Shown here: positions 59,710 through 64,000 of the stretch, one piece after another
Numbering within the stretch: the first letter of the stretch is position 1
How the letters are laid out: each line of letters opens with the position of its first letter
NCBI GenBank assembly: GCA_016930695.1
Contig: JAFGGD010000026.1
Location: 114,904-178,903, forward strand
Length of the DNA: 64,000 nucleotides
Reading direction: 5' to 3'
Origin: Candidatus Eiseniibacteriota bacterium
GTDB lineage: Bacteria > Orphanbacterota > Orphanbacteria > Orphanbacterales > Orphanbacteraceae
Translations under genes and position numbers: made by a program
The notes under the pieces: generated by a model
What the model saw: the letters and a program-made list of their open reading frames with translations, nothing else
The model's database searches: none
What the model was told of the DNA's origin: nothing

Positions 59710-60872
59710 GATTGATTCGCCTCTTCGATCGCGTCCAGGATCTGCCGGGGACGAATCGGTTCGCCGTCCACGCGGTTCACGCGGTGGACCTTCGCGTCGC
59801 ATCCGAGCGCCCACTCGATCTCGTGGGCGTACTGCCCTGCGTTCATCTCCGCCACGATGACGTGATCCACCAGGCGGCCCAGCTCGCGCATCGCCTTTTC
59901 CGGGAAGGGCCACAGCGTGAGCGGCGATAGGAAGGAGACGGCCGTTCCGTTCTCGCGGGCCATCCGAACCGCGCGAGCGGCGGAGCGCGCGGTGGAGCCG
60001 TAGGAGACGACCGCCGTCTTGGCCCCTTCCTGGAAGTCCCGATCGACCCGCACGATCCGGTCCGTGTAGCGATCGATCTTGCGGCCGAAGCGCTCCATGA
60101 AGCGGTTGATGTTCTCCGCCTTGTTGGTCGGGAAGCCGGTCTCGTCGTGAACGAGGCCGGATACGTGGTAGCGATAGCCGGTGCCGAAGCTCGCCATGGG
60201 GGGGATGTCCGAGTCGGTGAAGGCGTAGGGGAGGTACTCCTCGGGGGGGACTTCCGGTTTCACCCGGTCCACGACGCGGACCTTCGTCGGCAGCTCCACC
60301 TTCTCGTTCACGTGAGCGATGATCTCGTCCAGCAGAAGGATCACCGGCGTCCGGTAGATCTCGGCGAGGTTGAAGGCGCGGATGGTGAGGTCGTAGGTTT
60401 CGCGCACGCCGCGGGGACAGAGGACGATGATCGAGTGATCGCCGTGCGTGCCCCATCGCGTCTGCATCACGTCCCCCTGGGCGGGCAGCGTGGGGAGCCC
60501 GGTGCTCGGGCCGCCGCGCATCACGTTCACCACCACGCAGGGGACCTCGGCCATGCAGGCGTAGCCGAGGTTCTCCTGTTTCAAGGAAAAGCCGGGGCCG
60601 CTCGTGGCGGTCATCGACTTCGCCCCGGCGAGCGAGGCGCCGATGATCGCGCCCATGGCGCAGATCTCGTCCTCGGTCTGTATGAACTTCCTGCCCAACC
60701 GCGGAAGGTCGGTGGAGAGGATCTCCGCGATCTCCGAGGAGGGCGTGATGGGATATCCCGCGTAAAAGCGGAGACCCGCGGCGAGCGCGGCTTCGGCGCA
60801 CGCCTCGTTTCCCGTCATGACGCGGACGCCGCCGTGGGGAGATGCGGCTTTCGCCTTCGATTCTTCGGGCAT
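59706..60872 (-). CDS. korA: 2-oxoacid:ferredoxin oxidoreductase alpha subunit
   Basis: 'GNEA', 'GYPITPSSE', 'EDEI', 'ATSGPGFSLKQE', 'RGGPSTGLPT', 'EMNAGQ'. Confidence 0.94.
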   Translation of the reverse strand: MPEESKAKAASPHGGVRVMTGNEACAEAALAAGLRFYAGYPITPSSEIAEILSTDLPRLGRKFIQTEDEICAMGAIIGASLAGAKSMTATSGPGFSLKQENLGYACMAEVPCVVVNVMRGGPSTGLPTLPAQGDVMQTRWGTHGDHSIIVLCPRGVRETYDLTIRAFNLAEIYRTPVILLLDEIIAHVNEKVELPTKVRVVDRVKPEVPPEEYLPYAFTDSDIPPMASFGTGYRYHVSGLVHDETGFPTNKAENINRFMERFGRKIDRYTDRIVRVDRDFQEGAKTAVVSYGSTARSAARAVRMARENGTAVSFLSPLTLWPFPEKAMRELGRLVDHVIVAEMNAGQYAHEIEWALGCDAKVHRVNRVDGEPIRPRQILDAIEEANQS

Positions 60873-60879
60873 GACCTCT

Positions 60880-61116
60880 CTACTCCTGGTCTTTACTGAC
60901 TTGAATGGCGAAATCGGGGCAGATCCAGACGCACTGCTCGCAGGCGGTGCACCGCTCCGGATGGACGACGACGGCTTTCTTGTCCTTGGACATTTCCAGC
61001 ACGTCGCGCGGACAGTAGGTCACGCAGAAGCCGCACCCCTTGCACCAATCGAGACGGATCTCGATCTTGGGGATCGGCTTCCCCGTTTTCCGGGGGCTCG
61101 TCTCTTCCTTCTCCAC
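60880..61116 (-). CDS. korD: 2x[4Fe-4S] ferredoxin, delta subunit
   Basis: 'CKGCGFCVTYCP' and 'CTACEQCVWICPDFAI'; GAGGAGG RBS, GTG start. Confidence 0.9.
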   Translation of the reverse strand: MEKEETSPRKTGKPIPKIEIRLDWCKGCGFCVTYCPRDVLEMSKDKKAVVVHPERCTACEQCVWICPDFAIQVSKDQE

Positions 61117-61648
61117 TTATTACCTCCTCAGGCCCGCCTCGCCGTCCGGAGTAGAGGGCCGGCCGGGGGGTTCCGGCCGCCGATCGATAGCAAAGAAAGA
61201 AGGATACAACGCATTGGAGTCAAAGACCACCCCCGATCGAGGGGGGGCGCGAAAGAGGATTTCGTGTTTGGTTTTGTCTATCTCTATTAATTACATATGA
61301 TTGCGCCGTTCCGTCCCCGACGGCTTCCCCACGGCGACATACGGGGAATCTTTGAGACCGGCCCGGCTTTCGCCGAGAAAACCCCTATCGGGAAGCCGCC
61401 GTCGTTGCCGCGATAGGCGACTGTCCCCATTTACGCGGCGCGCATTCTTCCTGAGAATAATCGTGACGATCGGTATTGTCGCTGCCCCCTTTCTCGTTTC
61501 ACGTCTCACGATTCGATTCGGAACCCCACCGCCGGTCTTCCTTGCCCGGCGCTTGGCCGTTCCCGTACAATCCGGGGGAACGAGAGGCGCGGGAACGGTG
61601 GTCCGGCCGGAGTCGGGCGGGATGTTTCCCTTTCCCAAGGGGGGAGAG

Positions 61649-63292
61649 ATGGATTGCAAGGGTATGGTGGTCGAGGTGCTCAAGAAGCACCGTAACGTGT
61701 TGGAGAACCTGGAACGAAAAGAGATGATCCGCCACTCCTTGGAGAACAAGGAGGCCTTCGCTTCGGCGAACGGGGCGCTCGCCACCTGGACGCCGGTGGA
61801 GTCGACCGGCCGCTCCCCCAAGGACACGCTGATCGTGAAACGCCCGGAGAGCGCGGGGAACATCGACTGGGATTCCCCCAATAACCTCCCCGTCGATCCG
61901 GAGACCTTCGAGATGCTCTGGAAGGACGCGGTGGAGGTCCTCTCCAAGAAAGACAGGATCTACATCACGGACCGCACCGTGGGCGCCGACTCCTCCTACG
62001 CCCTGCCGATCCGCACCATCGCCGATCAGGCGTTGACGGTCCTCTTCACGGACAACATGTTCCGCGCCGTCCCGGAGGACATCGGCAAGAGCTGCTTCGC
62101 AGGGAAGGGGTTCACCCTCCTGGTCATTCCCTACGACAAGGTGAAGGCGGAGAAGTACGAGGGGCGGCTCCGCAAAACGGCGAGCGGCGCGACCTCCGAC
62201 ATGGCGATCGTCATGGACATGGACAACCATGTCGGGCTCGTCTACGGCAGCGCCTACGGCGGCAGCGTGAAGAAGCTGATGTTCACGGTGATGAATTACC
62301 TGCTCCCGCTGAACGGCGTTCTCCCGCTCCACTGCAGCGCCAACGAGGGTGCCCGCGGGGACTGCGCGCTCCTGCTCGGCCTTTCCGGCACGGGGAAGAC
62401 GAGTCTCTCCGCCGATCCGACCCGCGCGCTTCTCGGCGACGACGAGCACGGCTGGAACGACACGGGGATCGCCAACTTCGAGAACGGCTGCTACGCCAAG
62501 CTGATCAATCTCCGCGAGGCGAAGGAGACGGAGATCTGGAACGCCGTCTTCCACGAGGCGGATCCGCTCGAGCACGGGGCGATCATCGAGAACTGCATGA
62601 TGTACCCGGACGGGCGTTTCGACGTGGATGACGAGCGGCTGACGCCGAACTCCCGCGGTTCCTACCCGCTCCGCTTCCTCAGCAACATCCAGACGCCGCC
62701 CGTGAGCGGCCACCCCAAGACGATTCTCTTCCTCACGGCCGACGCGAACGCGGTGCTCCCGCCGGTGGCGCGCCTCAACCAGGAGCAGGCGATGCTCTGG
62801 TTCCTGATGGGGTACACGAGCAAGCTGGCCGGAACCGAGCGGGGCGTGGTCGATCCGGTCTCCACCTTCTCCCGCTTCTTCGGGTCTCCCTTCATGCCGC
62901 TCAATCCGGACATCTACGCGCGGATGCTCGGCGAGAGGATGGCGAAGCACGGGAGCAGCGTCTATCTGGTGAACACCGGCTGGAGCGGCGGCCCGTACGG
63001 CGTCGGAAAACGGATGGACATCGGCCTCACGCGGGCGATCGTCGCCGCCGCGCTCGAAGGGCACCTGGAGAACGTCGCCTACGAAACGGATCCGCTCTTC
63101 CATATCGACGTGCCGAAGGAGTGCCCCGGCGTGCCGGCTGAAGTGCTTCAGCCCCGAAATACCTGGACGGACAAGAAAGCCTACGACGACCGCGCGAAAA
63201 AGCTGGCGGCCGACTTCGTGAAGGCGTACGATAAGGCGTACGGCAACAAAAACATCGACCCCAAGGTGGCGGGCCAGTGTCCGGGTAAATAA
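61649..63292 (+). CDS. pckA: Phosphoenolpyruvate carboxykinase (ATP)
   Basis: 'TGRSPKD', 'LHCSAN', 'GLSGTGKT', 'GDDEHGW', 'NFENGCYAK', 'GYTSK.AGTE', 'LVNTGWSGG'; start moved to ATG 61649. Confidence 0.95.
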   Translation: MDCKGMVVEVLKKHRNVLENLERKEMIRHSLENKEAFASANGALATWTPVESTGRSPKDTLIVKRPESAGNIDWDSPNNLPVDPETFEMLWKDAVEVLSKKDRIYITDRTVGADSSYALPIRTIADQALTVLFTDNMFRAVPEDIGKSCFAGKGFTLLVIPYDKVKAEKYEGRLRKTASGATSDMAIVMDMDNHVGLVYGSAYGGSVKKLMFTVMNYLLPLNGVLPLHCSANEGARGDCALLLGLSGTGKTSLSADPTRALLGDDEHGWNDTGIANFENGCYAKLINLREAKETEIWNAVFHEADPLEHGAIIENCMMYPDGRFDVDDERLTPNSRGSYPLRFLSNIQTPPVSGHPKTILFLTADANAVLPPVARLNQEQAMLWFLMGYTSKLAGTERGVVDPVSTFSRFFGSPFMPLNPDIYARMLGERMAKHGSSVYLVNTGWSGGPYGVGKRMDIGLTRAIVAAALEGHLENVAYETDPLFHIDVPKECPGVPAEVLQPRNTWTDKKAYDDRAKKLAADFVKAYDKAYGNKNIDPKVAGQCPGK

Positions 63293-63330
63293 TCCCGGCC
63301 CCGGCGGTTGCCGCCGTTCCTTCCGCGTCC

Positions 63331-63360
63331 GGCCCCGGGCTTCACGGCCCGGGGCCATTT
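63331..63360 (+). terminator. Terminator hairpin after pckA
   Basis: GGCCCCGGGC-TTCACG-GCCCGGGGCC followed by ATTT. Confidence 0.6.
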
Positions 63361-63580
63361 CTATCGGGTAACCAGATACCCTGTTTGCAACAAGTTGTCC
63401 GGTGCCGCGCAAGTACCGGGTACCCGGTATCGCGAAACGCCCGGTCGCGATATAATCGAATGGTTCGGGCCGGCCTCCGGATCCGACCGGCTACGGGCCC
63501 AAAGCGGGGTCGGCCCCGAACACTTTTCCGTCGTGTGGGTTTTAAGCGGCTTGCGCGAAACGAGCCGGAGGAGGGGATCG

Positions 63581-64000
63581 ATGAAGGACGTGCGCGTGGA
63601 GCGCCTGGCCGAGCTGATCTGCCGGTATTCGATCGGCGTCAAGAAGGGGGACGCCATCGTCGTCAACTATGAACCGGTTTCGGAGCCACTCGCCCGGGAG
63701 CTGTATCGGGAGATCCTCCTGATGGGGGGGCACCCGATTCTCGACATCAATCCGGGTTGGCGGGAGGAGATCTACTACCGCGAGGCGCAGCCGCATCAGC
63801 TCGATTACACCAGCCCCTTCCTCCTTCACGAGGCGGAGAACACGCGCGCGCGGATCGTGATCCACGGGTCGACCAACACCCGGCGGAACAGCTCCGTCGA
63901 TCCCAAGCGGATCTCGCGCGCCCAGCAGGCGCGCCGGCCGATCCTGGAGACCTTCTTTGGCCGGATGGATAAAAAGGAATGGAGCTTCGTCATCGCCCCC
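63581..64000 (+). CDS. M29 (AmpS/aminopeptidase T-like) aminopeptidase, truncated at window end
   Basis: GAGG RBS; my translation MKDVRVERLAELICRYSIGVKKGD..PLARELYREILLMGGHP..; frame open to the window end, so absent from the ORF track. Confidence 0.78.
   Translation, partial: MKDVRVERLAELICRYSIGVKKGDAIVVNYEPVSEPLARELYREILLMGGHPILDINPGWREEIYYREAQPHQLDYTSPFLLHEAENTRARIVIHGSTNTRRNSSVDPKRISRAQQARRPILETFFGRMDKKEWSFVIAP

Noticed and set aside
61120-61648. Riboswitch or ncRNA in the kor/pckA divergent region
   Set aside because: Only an AT-rich patch and short hairpins; no family consensus recognisable by eye (an Rfam/Infernal scan would settle it)

Overview
GC-rich, densely coding bacterial window. 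An OmpA lipoprotein, beta-barrels and a FlgD-Ig-type C-terminal sorting domain indicate a diderm, possibly from an FCB-adjacent candidate phylum (inference); the 2-oxoacid:ferredoxin oxidoreductase and NiFe hydrogenase suggest anaerobic metabolism. I see no rRNA, tRNA, CRISPR array or transposase. In order: exported hydrolase; an operon of an unknown enzyme, cupin, homoserine dehydrogenase and aldehyde dehydrogenase; a sensory-type NiFe hydrogenase flanked by an output-less Cache/PAS receptor and a sensor-less hybrid kinase; peptide transporters; a 1727-aa kinase-NTPase-TPR-GAF-sigma54 activator followed by a small exported peptide and two degenerate signalling proteins; GT-C glycosyltransferase; photolyase plus ybgA-like gene; pentaheme cytochrome plus Cyc2-like cytochrome-porin; DUF134/NifX/MinD-ferredoxin operon; an apparently exported AmmeMemoRadiSAM system; an LTD/Ppx/DUF47/PiT phosphate cluster with a deleted porin; a divergent GlnE-like protein behind korDABC; pckA; and a truncated aminopeptidase. 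The best novelty candidates are the activator/peptide module (19.7-27.3 kb), the exported AmmeMemoRadiSAM module (42.8-47.8 kb) and the split H2-sensing module (6.7-12.9 kb). All family calls come from motif recognition by eye, not database searches; several starts were moved from the ORF track to RBS-supported codons.
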